A stretch of DNA of 64,000 bases. It comes from Thermoplasmata archaeon. Its GTDB lineage: Archaea; Thermoplasmatota; Thermoplasmata; Lutacidiplasmatales; UBA184. Location: positions 2,425 through 66,424 of the forward strand of contig DATKQS010000004.1 in the NCBI GenBank assembly GCA_035532555.1, read 5' to 3'. The position numbers and the translations under genes were made by a program. Shown one piece after another: positions 9,047 through 18,477 of this stretch (the first letter of the stretch is position 1; every line of letters starts with the position of its first letter). A model generated the notes under the pieces. It made no database searches and was not told the origin of the DNA. It saw only the letters and a program-made list of their open reading frames with translations.

Positions 9047-10408
9047 ATGGCCCGCTCCACCGTCTCCTTCCTCGGCGGCGTTCGAGAGATCGGAGGGAAC
9101 AAGATCGTCATCGAGGATAGCGGCGAACGCATCCTCTTTGATTTCGGCCCGTCCTTCTCGCCCGCGTTCGAGCAGTTCTATGTGGATTTCCTGCAGCCCC
9201 GGACCGCGAGCCCCGCCAAGGACCTGCTCGAGTTCGATCTCCTCCCACGCGTCGAGGGGCTCTACTCCGAGGCCGCGCTCTCGGGGGCGGACCTCGCGTA
9301 CCGCGCACCGGAGTTCCAGGGGATCTTCCTGACCCACGCGCACGCCGACCACGCCGGGTACCTGCAGTACATCGACCCCGAGATCCCCGTCTACGTCGGG
9401 AAGGGAACGCGCGCGCTGCTCGAAGCGATCTCGCAGTCGACGGGACAGAAGTACGGGGAACACGACTGGCGGATCTTCGAGGACCGCACGCCCGTGCACG
9501 TCGGGGGGATCGAGGTCGTACCCCACCCGGTAGATCATTCGATCCCGTTCGCCTACGGCTACATCGTCCGGACCTCCGAGGGGTCGATCGCCTATACGGG
9601 CGACTTCCGCCACCATGGACCTCGCGCGGCCGACACGCACGCGTTCTTCGAGGCGGTCGAGGCCGAGAAGGTGGACGCGATCGCCATCGAAGGAACACGG
9701 GCGGGCAACGACCCGCGCATGAACTTCTCGGAGGACGGGGTGCGTCGCGAGGTCGACCGGGTCCTCGGATCCACGCACGATATCGCGCTCGCCTGCACGT
9801 ACCCACGGGACGTGGACCGTCTCCTGACGCTCCACGCCGCCGCCCGGGCCGCCGGTCGCGAGCTCCTCGTCTCCTCTCGAACCGCCTTTCTGTTGAACTC
9901 GATGGCGCCGCTCTTTCCCGCGGGAGCGGTTCCGATCCCCGGGAAGAGCCCGGGCCTATCCGTCTACGCGCGCAAGAAGCGGATGACGTACCTGTGGGAG
10001 CGCCCGTTCCTCGATGCCGCGCTCCCCGCGGAAGAGGTCCGGCGGACCGGGGACCGCTACCTGCTGGCCCTCGACTTCTACCACTTCCCGGAGTTGATCG
10101 ACCTGAGACCCCCCTCGAACAGTCCGTTCATCCACTCGATGAGCGAGCCGTTCAGCGAGGACGACGTCTCCGACGAGGTCCTGCACCGATGGCTCGATCA
10201 TTTCGGCCTGACGTTCGTCCAGGCGCACGCGAGCGGGCACGCGAGCGGCCCGGAACTGATGTCGCTGCTCGATCAGGTCCGGGCCGGGACCGTCTTCCCC
10301 ATCCACACGGAGAACCCCGAGGCGTTCCGGACCCACTCCGGCCGAGTGGTCCTGCCAGAGCTTCGTCAGTCCTATCCCATCGGTGGATCGGCCGGCGTGA
10401 GCCGTTAA
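9047..10408 (+). CDS. Metallo-beta-lactamase / beta-CASP ribonuclease, archaeal RNase J-like
   Basis: 453 aa. It has the MBL motif THAHADHAGY, a later HPVDHS, and a C-terminal HASGHASGPEL. Length and layout resemble archaeal RNase J. Confidence 0.78.
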   Translation: MARSTVSFLGGVREIGGNKIVIEDSGERILFDFGPSFSPAFEQFYVDFLQPRTASPAKDLLEFDLLPRVEGLYSEAALSGADLAYRAPEFQGIFLTHAHADHAGYLQYIDPEIPVYVGKGTRALLEAISQSTGQKYGEHDWRIFEDRTPVHVGGIEVVPHPVDHSIPFAYGYIVRTSEGSIAYTGDFRHHGPRAADTHAFFEAVEAEKVDAIAIEGTRAGNDPRMNFSEDGVRREVDRVLGSTHDIALACTYPRDVDRLLTLHAAARAAGRELLVSSRTAFLLNSMAPLFPAGAVPIPGKSPGLSVYARKKRMTYLWERPFLDAALPAEEVRRTGDRYLLALDFYHFPELIDLRPPSNSPFIHSMSEPFSEDDVSDEVLHRWLDHFGLTFVQAHASGHASGPELMSLLDQVRAGTVFPIHTENPEAFRTHSGRVVLPELRQSYPIGGSAGVSR

Positions 10409-10424
10409 GCTCACGTCCTGTGTA

Positions 10425-11108
10425 GTGGCTCCCGTGCCGGCCGATCGTTGCCCGACCGGAGCGGAGGCGATCGATCGCCTCCTCGGCGGAGGTCTCGAGA
10501 CCGATTCGGTCACCGAGATCTACGGGGAAGGCGGCACGGGGAAGACGATCTTTTGCCTCGCCGTGGCCTGCCGCGTCGCTCGCACGGGTCGATGGGTGTT
10601 CTACATCGACACCGAGGGGGTCAGCGCGGACCGCCTGACCGCGACCGCCGGAGAGGACTGGGAGGCCGTGCTCTCTCGCCTCCTGCTCTCCTCCCCGAAA
10701 AGCCTGGAGGAACAGGGACGAGCGGTCGCGACCGCCTGCACACTCGCGCGGGAGGCGAAGCGACCGGTCGGACTCATCGTGCTGGACTCCGCGACGCACT
10801 ACTACCGCCTCGCCCGCCCGGACGCGGTCGAGGACGAGGCGCGCCAGGCGCTCTCCCTCCAGATCGCGGACCTCGTCGCCACCGCGCTCGGGGTCGGCGT
10901 CCCCGTGCTCTTCACCAACCAGGTGTACCGGAGCATGCGGGAGGGAACGATCGAGCCGCTCGGCGGCTCGTTCCTCAACCACGCCGCGAAGACGATCCTT
11001 CGGTTCGATCGCGGGTCGGGGGATCGGCGTCGAGTGGTCCTCCTCAAGCACCGATCGCTGCCCGAGGGTTCGGCGGAGTTCCGCATCACCCCGTCGGGCG
11101 TTGCATGA
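10425..11108 (+). CDS. radB: DNA repair and recombination protein RadB
   Basis: 227 aa. It is a short RecA-superfamily protein with Walker A GEGGTGKT and no N-terminal HhH domain, which is the RadB type. Confidence 0.85.
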   Translation: MAPVPADRCPTGAEAIDRLLGGGLETDSVTEIYGEGGTGKTIFCLAVACRVARTGRWVFYIDTEGVSADRLTATAGEDWEAVLSRLLLSSPKSLEEQGRAVATACTLAREAKRPVGLIVLDSATHYYRLARPDAVEDEARQALSLQIADLVATALGVGVPVLFTNQVYRSMREGTIEPLGGSFLNHAAKTILRFDRGSGDRRRVVLLKHRSLPEGSAEFRITPSGVA

Positions 11109-11150
11109 CCTCCCGGCAATGGAGATAAGCGCCCGAGACCTCCATCGGGC

Positions 11151-11753
11151 ATGGTCGAACCGCTCGAGGTCGCGGACGTCGCGACGCAGATCGGGATCTT
11201 CCGCGTCGTCTACCAGGGACGATCGGTCCGGGTCGTCGACCTCCTCGAGAAGGGACTGCCCCAGACGGGCGTGCCCGTGGGAGCGGTGCGCCGCAAGCCC
11301 CCGTTCCCCGCCGGCAGTCCTCCGAAGCAGCTTCAGGAGTACTTCCGAGGCACCCGGGACGATTTCGACCTCGATGTCGACCCCGAGACGACCTCGGAGT
11401 TCGATCGAAAGGTCTGGGCCCGGCTGCGCGAAGTGCCGGCGGGACGGACCGTGACCTACGGCGAGCTCGCCCGCCGGGCGGGTACCACGGGTTCGGCGCG
11501 GGCCGTGGGCGGGTCGATGGCCCGCAACCCGATCCCGATCGTCATCCCATGTCACCGCGTGGTCGGGAGCGAGGGCGCGATCACGGGCTTCGGCCTCGGT
11601 CTGTGGCGCAAGCGCTGGTTGCTCGAGCGCGAGCACTCCTGGCCGCTACGCTCCCGTTCCGCCGATGGACCGCGGCCCCGCCAACGGACCCTCGACTCCC
11701 CGACCGAAGGCGCGTCCAAGAACTGGGCCCGGCACCGGTCGACCAACCACTGA
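11151..11753 (+). CDS. ogt: Methylated-DNA--protein-cysteine methyltransferase
   Basis: 200 aa with active-site PCHRVV preceded by TVTYGELARRAGTTGSARAVGGSMARNPIPIVI. The C-terminal ~35 aa is a low-complexity extension. Confidence 0.87.
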   Translation: MVEPLEVADVATQIGIFRVVYQGRSVRVVDLLEKGLPQTGVPVGAVRRKPPFPAGSPPKQLQEYFRGTRDDFDLDVDPETTSEFDRKVWARLREVPAGRTVTYGELARRAGTTGSARAVGGSMARNPIPIVIPCHRVVGSEGAITGFGLGLWRKRWLLEREHSWPLRSRSADGPRPRQRTLDSPTEGASKNWARHRSTNH

Positions 11754-11773
11754 TAGCGGACATCGCCTCGCCG

Positions 11774-11874
11774 ATTACCAACTACGATTCGTAGTATCTT
11801 GCGAACAGTATACCTACTACAGTTCGTAGTTGGTAATCCCCCCCCCAACGCCAACCTACTACGACATGTAGTAG
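11774..11874. repeat. Cluster of palindromes / inverted repeats in a low-GC convergent spacer
   Basis: ACTAC-N5-GTAGT occurs at 11781..11795, 11816..11830 and 11858..11872. A perfect 14-bp inverted repeat, ATTACCAACTACGA (11774..11787) and TCGTAGTTGGTAAT (11824..11837), is present, along with a C9 run at 11838..11846. All were read directly from the sequence. Confidence 0.85.
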
Positions 11875-11940
11875 CAACCTCTCCACCGATGGAGGGGTCA
11901 CGGCGCGTCTGCGGTTCGAGGCACAGGCGGGGAAGAGGGC

Positions 11941-14142
11941 CTATCCAGAGTAGTACGCCGCGTCGTACGGCTCGGGCTTGAGCCCACGACGCTGGCGGAT
12001 CTCCGAGACGACCTTGGGCTGGAGCTCGCGCGGGACCGGCTCGAAACCCATCGACTCCGTCGCCCAGAGCACCTTCCCGGCCGCGGCGCTGCGGATGTCG
12101 GACGCGAATCCGAACATTTCGGCCACCGGGACCTTCGCGACGACCGTCTGTAGATCGCCGACGTTCGTCATGTCCATGATCTCGCCGCGACGGCTCTGGA
12201 GTTGGCGCGTCGAGCCCGCGAGGACCTCCTGCGGGACGTTGATCGTGACCTTCTGGATCGGTTCGAGGAGCATCCGGTCGCCGAGCACCATCGCTCCGTA
12301 GATACCGGAGCGGGAGGCGGGGATCGTCTGGGCGGGGCCGCGGTGGATCGAATCCTCGTGGAGCTTCGCGTCGACGAGGCGGACCTTGAGGCCGTACACG
12401 CGCTCGTTCGCGAGGGGGCCGCGCGCCATCGCCTCCTTGAACGCATCGACGATGAGGTCCATCGTCTCGTTGAGGTTCTGGATCCCCTTCGTCACGTCGA
12501 ACAGCATGTTCGTGCCGTCGACCGCGACGAGCCCTCGCCCTTCGTCCCGCGAGATGCCGAGCTGTTCCATCCGGGTCACGAGGGCCTTCATGTCCTTGAA
12601 CGACTTTCCCTGAGGGATATCGCCGTCCTTGAGCGCCTGGATAAGCGCGTCCGGGAGCCTCTCGACCTCGAAGAAGAACCGGTTGTGCTTGTTCGGGGAC
12701 TTGCCCTCGAAGGGACCCCCCGGCTGGCGCACCGTCTCTCGGTACACCACGATCGGCTTCGATGCGACGATCTCGACCTTGTAGTCGTTGATGATCCGGT
12801 ACTGGGTGATCTCCAGGTGGAGTTCGCCCATCCCCGACATGAGGTGCTCGCCCGTCTCCTGATTGATCTCGACCTTGAGCGAGGCGTCCTCCTTGCCGAC
12901 CTTGCGCATCACCTCGATCAGCTTCGGCAGGTCGCCCATGTGCTTCGGCTCGATGGCGACGGTGACGACGGGTTCGGAAACGTGCCGGATCTCCTCGAAC
13001 GGGATGATCGTGGGATCGGTGGACATCGTGGTCCCCGCGAACGCGTCGCTGAGGCCGATGACCGCGGCGATGTTGCCGGCAGTCGCCTCCTCCACCATGA
13101 GCCGCTCGGGTCCCATGTAGAGCGAGACGTGCTGCACGCGGTTCTTGATCTTGGTGCCGGCGACCGTGAGCTCCATGCCTTTCGTGAGGCGCCCGGAGAA
13201 CAGACGGCCGGTGGCGATCTCCCCGGCGTTCGGGTCCATGGTGATGTCCGTGACCATGAACGTCGTCGGTCCATCGGCCGCCGTCGCCGCCATGGCCAGG
13301 CCGACCGGGCTCGTCGGGTCTCCGCGCCAGATGTTCGGGATTCGGTACTTCTGAGCGATCGCGGGGCTCGGGAGGTGACGAACGACCATGTCGAAGATCA
13401 CGTCGTTGATCTTAGCCTTCTGCGCGATCTCCTTCTGGCGACCGGTGCTGACGTACTCGATGATGTCGGGGAACTTGACCCCGGTGCGTTGCATGTACGG
13501 GACGCTGATCGCCCAGTTCTCGTAGCCCGAGCCGAAGGCGACGGAGCCGTCCCGAGGATCGACGCTCCATTCGTCGATGAATTCCTCCGGGGCCATTCGG
13601 CGGATCAGCTCGTTGACCTCGCTGATGATCGCTCCGAAGCGGCTTTGCAGCGATTCCGGAGTGAGCTTGAGCTCCTTGATGGCACGGTCGACCTTGTTGA
13701 TGAACAGGACCGGCTTGACCTTCTCGCGCAGCGCCTGACGCAGCACGGTCTCGGTCTGGGCCATGACCCCTTCGACCGCGCAGACGACCACGATCGCGCC
13801 GTCGACCGCGCGCATCGCGCGCGTCACGTCTCCCCCGAAGTCCACGTGGCCCGGGGTGTCGATGAGGTTGATCAGATAGTTCTGCTTCTCGTACTCGTGG
13901 ACGATCGTGACATCCGCGTTGTTGATCGTGAGCAGGCGGGCCTGCTCCTGCTCGTCGAAGTTGAGGTAGAGTTGCTTTCCCGCGAGTTCGTTGGAGATCA
14001 TCCCGGCGGCCGCGAGCAGGTTGTCGCTGAGCGTCGTCTTGCCGTGGTGGATGTGGGCGACGATGCCGATGTTGCGGATCTGGTTGATGTTCCGCATCAT
14101 GCCGGGGATGGCGGCCGCCAACTCGCTTCGAACGTGCGTCAT
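11941..14142 (-). CDS. fusA: Translation elongation factor aEF-2
   Basis: 733 aa with G-domain motifs AHIHHGKTTLSD, DTPGHVDF and NKVDR, and a diphthamide-region HEDSIHRGPAQ. It sits downstream of S12-S7. Confidence 0.97.
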   Translation of the reverse strand: MTHVRSELAAAIPGMMRNINQIRNIGIVAHIHHGKTTLSDNLLAAAGMISNELAGKQLYLNFDEQEQARLLTINNADVTIVHEYEKQNYLINLIDTPGHVDFGGDVTRAMRAVDGAIVVVCAVEGVMAQTETVLRQALREKVKPVLFINKVDRAIKELKLTPESLQSRFGAIISEVNELIRRMAPEEFIDEWSVDPRDGSVAFGSGYENWAISVPYMQRTGVKFPDIIEYVSTGRQKEIAQKAKINDVIFDMVVRHLPSPAIAQKYRIPNIWRGDPTSPVGLAMAATAADGPTTFMVTDITMDPNAGEIATGRLFSGRLTKGMELTVAGTKIKNRVQHVSLYMGPERLMVEEATAGNIAAVIGLSDAFAGTTMSTDPTIIPFEEIRHVSEPVVTVAIEPKHMGDLPKLIEVMRKVGKEDASLKVEINQETGEHLMSGMGELHLEITQYRIINDYKVEIVASKPIVVYRETVRQPGGPFEGKSPNKHNRFFFEVERLPDALIQALKDGDIPQGKSFKDMKALVTRMEQLGISRDEGRGLVAVDGTNMLFDVTKGIQNLNETMDLIVDAFKEAMARGPLANERVYGLKVRLVDAKLHEDSIHRGPAQTIPASRSGIYGAMVLGDRMLLEPIQKVTINVPQEVLAGSTRQLQSRRGEIMDMTNVGDLQTVVAKVPVAEMFGFASDIRSAAAGKVLWATESMGFEPVPRELQPKVVSEIRQRRGLKPEPYDAAYYSG

Positions 14143-14162
14143 CGCTGTTCCTTCCTGTCTGC

Positions 14163-14840
14163 CTAGCGGGCCGACTGCGCCACGCGCTCGACTTCTTCCT
14201 TACGGGCGACGGCGAAGCTCGCCTGGTCGCCCTTCGCGGAGAGGATGATCTCGTTGGCGAGACACGTTTCGATCGATTTGGTGCTCTTGCGGGACGCCTG
14301 AATGGCTCCCTGGGTGATGTTGCGGATCGCCACGTTGAGTCGGCGTGCGGGCGAGGCATCGACCGCGCGCGGGACGGAGATGCCTCCGAACTGAAGTCGC
14401 GTGACCTCTTCCTTCGGAGCGGCGTTCTCGATGGCGTCGACGAGCTGCTGGAGGGGGTTCTTCTTCTCCCGCTCGGCGACCTGGTCGAATGCCCGGCGCA
14501 CGGTGCGCAGGGCCTTCGATTTCTTGCCCGTGAACTTCCCGCCCTTCATGAGGCGGTTGGCGAGCCGTTCGACGAGGTGCATGTGGCTCTTCATGAACGG
14601 TTTGCCGCAGAGCTTACCCTCGGTGTGCGGGGCGTAGATCGGGTGGAGGTAGAGGTACGGCATCAGGCCCGGATCGTGGACGACGATCCCCTCGAACGAG
14701 TACTTCCCGAACAGCGGAGGGATCGGGAACGGAGGGGGTGGCGGGGGGACCGGGCGGACGATGATGGGCCCGGGGCCCTCTTCGTCGACCGGCACGGCGA
14801 GCGCGGCGGATGCGCTGGGGGGATCGCGTGGCCCCTTCAT
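14163..14840 (-). CDS. rps7: Ribosomal protein S7 (uS7) with a Pro-rich N-terminal extension
   Basis: 225 aa. The core is [20 protein letters not shown]...[18 protein letters not shown]...[23 protein letters not shown] 14840 overlaps the S12 stop (ATGA). Confidence 0.92.
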   Translation of the reverse strand: MKGPRDPPSASAALAVPVDEEGPGPIIVRPVPPPPPPFPIPPLFGKYSFEGIVVHDPGLMPYLYLHPIYAPHTEGKLCGKPFMKSHMHLVERLANRLMKGGKFTGKKSKALRTVRRAFDQVAEREKKNPLQQLVDAIENAAPKEEVTRLQFGGISVPRAVDASPARRLNVAIRNITQGAIQASRKSTKSIETCLANEIILSAKGDQASFAVARKEEVERVAQSAR

Positions 14841-15268
14841 CGTTGCGGCTTCTCCTTGCGCCCGCGCACGAGTTCGTCGAGCGATACGCCGTTCACTTGG
14901 ATGACCTTGTAACGGACGCCCGGGATATCCCCGTAGGACCGGCCCATGCGGCCCCCGATCCCTTCGACGAGGACCTCGTCGTGCTCATCGATGAAGCTGA
15001 TCGCGCCGTCGCCGACCGCGAAGGCCGTGATCTGTCGGCCGTTCTTGACGAGCTGGACCTTGATGCACTTGCGGATGGCGGAGTTCGGTTGTTTCGCTTC
15101 GACCCCGACCTTCTCGATGACGATCCCGCGGCCCTGGGGCGCCCCTTCCAGCGGGTCCGAGCGCTCCTTCAGATGCAGCGTTCGGCGCTTGTAATACCGA
15201 TCGGACCAGCGTCGCCGCTGGCGGAGGCGCGCGAGTTTTCCAGCGGTATTCAACCCCGACGGCGGCAT
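14837..15268 (-). CDS. rps12: Ribosomal protein S12 (uS12)
   Basis: The listed 212-aa ORF is trimmed to ATG 15268 ([23 protein letters not shown]...[25 protein letters not shown]...), giving 143 aa. The upstream part of the ORF has no S12 similarity. Confidence 0.92.
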   Translation of the reverse strand: MPPSGLNTAGKLARLRQRRRWSDRYYKRRTLHLKERSDPLEGAPQGRGIVIEKVGVEAKQPNSAIRKCIKVQLVKNGRQITAFAVGDGAISFIDEHDEVLVEGIGGRMGRSYGDIPGVRYKVIQVNGVSLDELVRGRKEKPQR

Positions 15269-15303
15269 ATAGGCTTGAGAGGGTCGGTGCCACCAGGCAC
15301 TGC

Positions 15304-15311
15304 TATTTAAG
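15304..15311. promoter_or_regulatory. TATA-like box TATTTAAG in the divergent S12 / udg spacer
   Basis: This AT-rich octamer lies in an otherwise GC-rich 103-nt spacer. It is ~39 nt upstream of the S12 ATG (as CTTAAATA on the minus strand) and ~65 nt upstream of the udg start. Confidence 0.35.
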
Positions 15312-15371
15312 TATGCCTCGGCGCCCGCTACCGGCACCTCGAGAATCGTGAAACCTCGGCGATAATTCAGG

Positions 15372-15956
15372 GTGTCGGTACGGTCGGCCATGGCAGGAGC
15401 GGTCGGGTCGGAGTGGAGGGCGCTCTCCCGGGAGATCCGCGGATGCGTGCGCTGCCCGCTCCACCTGGGGCGCACCCACGCGGTCGTCTATCGGGGCGGA
15501 GAGCACCCGTGGGTCGTCTTCATCGGGGAGGCGCCGGGAAGGGCCGAGGATCTCGCGGGCGAGCCCTTCGTGGGCCGCGCCGGCGCGAAGCTCGATGAGG
15601 GGATCAGGCGCCTCGGTCTCGGTCCGACCGAATTCGGGATCGTCAACGTCCTCAAGTGCCGCCCCCCCGCGAATCGGTTCGTGGTCGAGGCCGCTCGCAT
15701 CTGTCGGCCGTACCTGGAGCGCCAGCTCGCCCTTCTTCGACCGCGGGCCGTCGTCACGTTGGGTCGATGGGCGCTGAGGTCGATGGACCCGGGAGCGGCC
15801 CCGATCATGACCGCGGCGGGGATCCCGCGCTCGGTCGGGGCATGGGACGTCTATCCCCTCCTCCACCCCGCGGCGATCCGATCCCACGCCACCGCCCAAC
15901 GCTGGGAACGAGATCTCGGGACGCTCGCCGAGTGGCTGAACGAGAAGCGGCGCTGA
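15372..15956 (+). CDS. udg: Uracil-DNA glycosylase, family 4 (Fe-S type)
   Basis: 194 aa with [42 protein letters not shown] and NVLKCRPP. The alternative start ATG 15390 is possible. Confidence 0.85.
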   Translation: MSVRSAMAGAVGSEWRALSREIRGCVRCPLHLGRTHAVVYRGGEHPWVVFIGEAPGRAEDLAGEPFVGRAGAKLDEGIRRLGLGPTEFGIVNVLKCRPPANRFVVEAARICRPYLERQLALLRPRAVVTLGRWALRSMDPGAAPIMTAAGIPRSVGAWDVYPLLHPAAIRSHATAQRWERDLGTLAEWLNEKRR

Positions 15957-16003
15957 CCGGACCGCTCCGAACGGTTTTCCCCCCAGGCGGCCTGTCCACA
16001 AGG

Positions 16004-18463
16004 ATGCGCACGGTCGACCTGTTCCTCATCGAGGGCTCCTATCGGGCCGCTGACAACGGGGTCGTCGTCGAGCTGTTCGGCAAGACGCGGGACGGGACCG
16101 CGCTCGTGGCGCGCTACTACGGCTTCCGCCCCTACTTCGTACTCCTCGAACCGGCCGCGGAGGTCCTCGACCGGTTGAGGGCCGACCCCGAGGTCGTGGA
16201 CATCCAGCCGATGCCCGTCTGGCTGGGGGGTCGGGAACGCCCGGGCGCCCGCATCACCATCCGCTCGCCGTGGAAGGTCCCCGAGTATCGGGACCGGCTG
16301 CGCCTCCCCGGGGACGAACCGAACGTGCTCGCCTGCGACATCCCCTTCGTCCATCGCTTCCTGTACGACAAGCATGTCGGGCTGACCCTCACGTTGGACG
16401 TCGAGGACGAACCGGACTCGATCCGGGCGCTCTACACGTCGGCGAACGTCGTGCGGGTCGTCTCCGCAGGAGGGAAGGACATCCGGCCCGCCGAGGCGTT
16501 CCGCCCCCCGCTCCGCACCCTCTCCTTCGACATCGAGAACGCCATCCGGGAACGGACGATCTTCACCATCTGCGGCGTCGCTGAGGGCGGTGGACGCGAA
16601 CGGCGCACCTTCCGCTTCGGGGATCGGGACGAGCGGAGGATCCTCGAGCGGTTCGTGGAGTTCGTCCTGGAGGACGACCCGGATGTCATCACCGGCTACA
16701 ACATCGCCGGGTACGACATCCCGCTGCTCCAGGAGCGGGCGATGGTCCATGGGCTCGAACTGCGGATCGGCCGGGACCGGACGACGCCGCGCGACATGGG
16801 CGAGCGCCTGTGGCGGGTCACGGGCCGAGTGATCGCGGATGCCTGGTGGTGGGCGCACCGGGAGCTTCGGCCGAAGCAGGAGACGCTGCAGTTCGTCGCC
16901 CGGATGCTCCTCTCCGATTCCAAGCTCGATGTCGACCGGCGCAACATCAGCGCGGAGTGGGAGAAGGATCCGGACCGGGTCATGGAGTATTGCGAGCACG
17001 ATGCGGACCTCGCGCTGCGGATCCTCCAGCGCTTGCGCTCCATCGATCGGGGAGCCGATCTAGCGACCGTCGCGCACCTCCCGCTCGAAGAGGGCCTCAA
17101 CGGCCGCACGTCGCTGTTCATCGACGCCCTCTTGATCCCCCGGGCGGATGCCGAGCACGTCGGCGTCCCGCCCACGCACCGGCTCCGTCGCGAGGCGGCG
17201 ATCGAGGGTGGCTACGTCCACACGATCCGACCGGGGATCTACCGCTGGGTCGTGGTGCTCGACTTCAAGTCGATGTATCCGTCGATCATCATCGCCCAGA
17301 ACATCTGCTTCACGACCCTGTCCGACCGGGGGACGAACGTCAGCCCTACGGGGGCCCGCTTCCTCTCCGCGGACGTTCGTCCGGGTCTGATCCCGGGGAT
17401 CCTGCGCGAGCTCCTCGCCGACCGGGACCGCTTCCGCTCCCTCTCCCGGAGCGCGGCGACCCCGGAGATGCGCCAGTACTATGACGGTCTCCAGAACGCG
17501 GTCAAGGTGCTGATGAACTCCTTCTACGGCGTTCTCGCGTCGAGCTTCTATCGCTTCACGAACAAATCGATCGGCGCGGCGATCACCTCGTTCGCCCGTG
17601 AACAGATCACCTCGATCATCCGGGCGCTCGAGGCCGACGGTCACGAGGTCGTTTACTCCGACACCGACAGCGTGTTCATCCGCGCCCCGGAACCCACCTT
17701 CGAGGGAGCGAAGGCCTTCGGGGAGGCGATCGCGGCCCGATTCACCAAGGAGAACGTCGCCTTCGAGTTCCAGTCCGTTTACGAGTCGTTCTTCTCCCAC
17801 GGGGCCAAGAAGCGGTACGTGGGCCGCCAGGTCTGGCCGCGCGAGGAGCTCGTCGTGCGAGGCTACGAGACCCGGCGGAGCGACTCCTTCGAGTACCAAT
17901 CGCAGGCGCTCATGGAAGTGTTCGATCTCGTGCTCAAGGGCGACACGGAGGGGCTGCTGCGGCGCTCGCGCGAGCTCGTGCTCGCGGTGCGGCAGAAGCA
18001 GGTCCTGCCGGCGCAGCTCGTCATCGCCCGCAGCGTCCGGGCGGAGGAGGAGTACAACGAGGGGACCCGCGCCGCGCTCCCCTTCCTCCGGGTGTTCAAG
18101 CAGCTCCAGAGCGAGGGATACGACGTCATTCCCGGCATGAAGGTCGCCTGGATCGTCACGAACTCCCACGTCAGCCCGCAGGAAATCGAGCCGTGGATCG
18201 ACGGGCGCCCGTTCACGAAGGAGCCGGACTGGGCATACTACGCGGACCGCGTGGCGCAGACCCTCGCACGCGTGACCGAAGTCTTCGATTGGGATGCGCA
18301 GGCTCTCCTGCAGGGGACGCACCAGCAGCGGCTCGGGCACTCCCCCGGATCGACGCCCGATCGGAGCGGCCGGCCGTCGGCGACGCTCGATACCCCGATC
18401 GCCGAGATCGCGGGGCCCAAGAAGCGTCGGACGAGCACGCGCTCGCTCAGCGAATGGGACTAG
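16004..18463 (+). CDS. polB: Family B DNA polymerase
   Basis: Exonuclease motifs are FDIEN, ITGYNIAGYDIPLL and YCEHDADL. Polymerase motifs are LDFKSMYPSIII, KVLMNSFYG and YSDTDSV. The start was moved to ATG 16004 (MRTVDLFLIEGSY) because the upstream part of the listed 935-aa ORF is Arg/Gly/Pro-rich and overlaps udg. No intein-sized insertion is present. Confidence 0.93.
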   Translation: MRTVDLFLIEGSYRAADNGVVVELFGKTRDGTALVARYYGFRPYFVLLEPAAEVLDRLRADPEVVDIQPMPVWLGGRERPGARITIRSPWKVPEYRDRLRLPGDEPNVLACDIPFVHRFLYDKHVGLTLTLDVEDEPDSIRALYTSANVVRVVSAGGKDIRPAEAFRPPLRTLSFDIENAIRERTIFTICGVAEGGGRERRTFRFGDRDERRILERFVEFVLEDDPDVITGYNIAGYDIPLLQERAMVHGLELRIGRDRTTPRDMGERLWRVTGRVIADAWWWAHRELRPKQETLQFVARMLLSDSKLDVDRRNISAEWEKDPDRVMEYCEHDADLALRILQRLRSIDRGADLATVAHLPLEEGLNGRTSLFIDALLIPRADAEHVGVPPTHRLRREAAIEGGYVHTIRPGIYRWVVVLDFKSMYPSIIIAQNICFTTLSDRGTNVSPTGARFLSADVRPGLIPGILRELLADRDRFRSLSRSAATPEMRQYYDGLQNAVKVLMNSFYGVLASSFYRFTNKSIGAAITSFAREQITSIIRALEADGHEVVYSDTDSVFIRAPEPTFEGAKAFGEAIAARFTKENVAFEFQSVYESFFSHGAKKRYVGRQVWPREELVVRGYETRRSDSFEYQSQALMEVFDLVLKGDTEGLLRRSRELVLAVRQKQVLPAQLVIARSVRAEEEYNEGTRAALPFLRVFKQLQSEGYDVIPGMKVAWIVTNSHVSPQEIEPWIDGRPFTKEPDWAYYADRVAQTLARVTEVFDWDAQALLQGTHQQRLGHSPGSTPDRSGRPSATLDTPIAEIAGPKKRRTSTRSLSEWD

Positions 18464-18477
18464 CGCGGTTCGGGTCG

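Noticed and set aside
11754-11940. tRNA gene or replication origin in the ogt/fusA spacer
   Set aside because: GGTTCGAG resembles a T-loop but no cloverleaf can be drawn. The inverted repeats flanking a lower-GC core resemble an ORB/DUE layout, but the region is very short, is not strongly AT-rich, and has no orc1/cdc6 gene nearby. It is reported only as an unexplained repeat cluster.
12202-14166. 654-aa + strand ORF covering the whole aEF-2 locus
   Set aside because: It is antisense to an unmistakable EF-2 gene. Its translation is Arg/Asp/Leu/Gly-rich with no motifs, which is typical of a shadow ORF in GC-rich DNA.
15656-16003. N-terminal 116 codons of the listed 935-aa polB ORF
   Set aside because: This part is Arg/Gly/Pro-rich, overlaps the udg coding region in another frame, and precedes a good ATG followed by the conserved PolB N-terminus.
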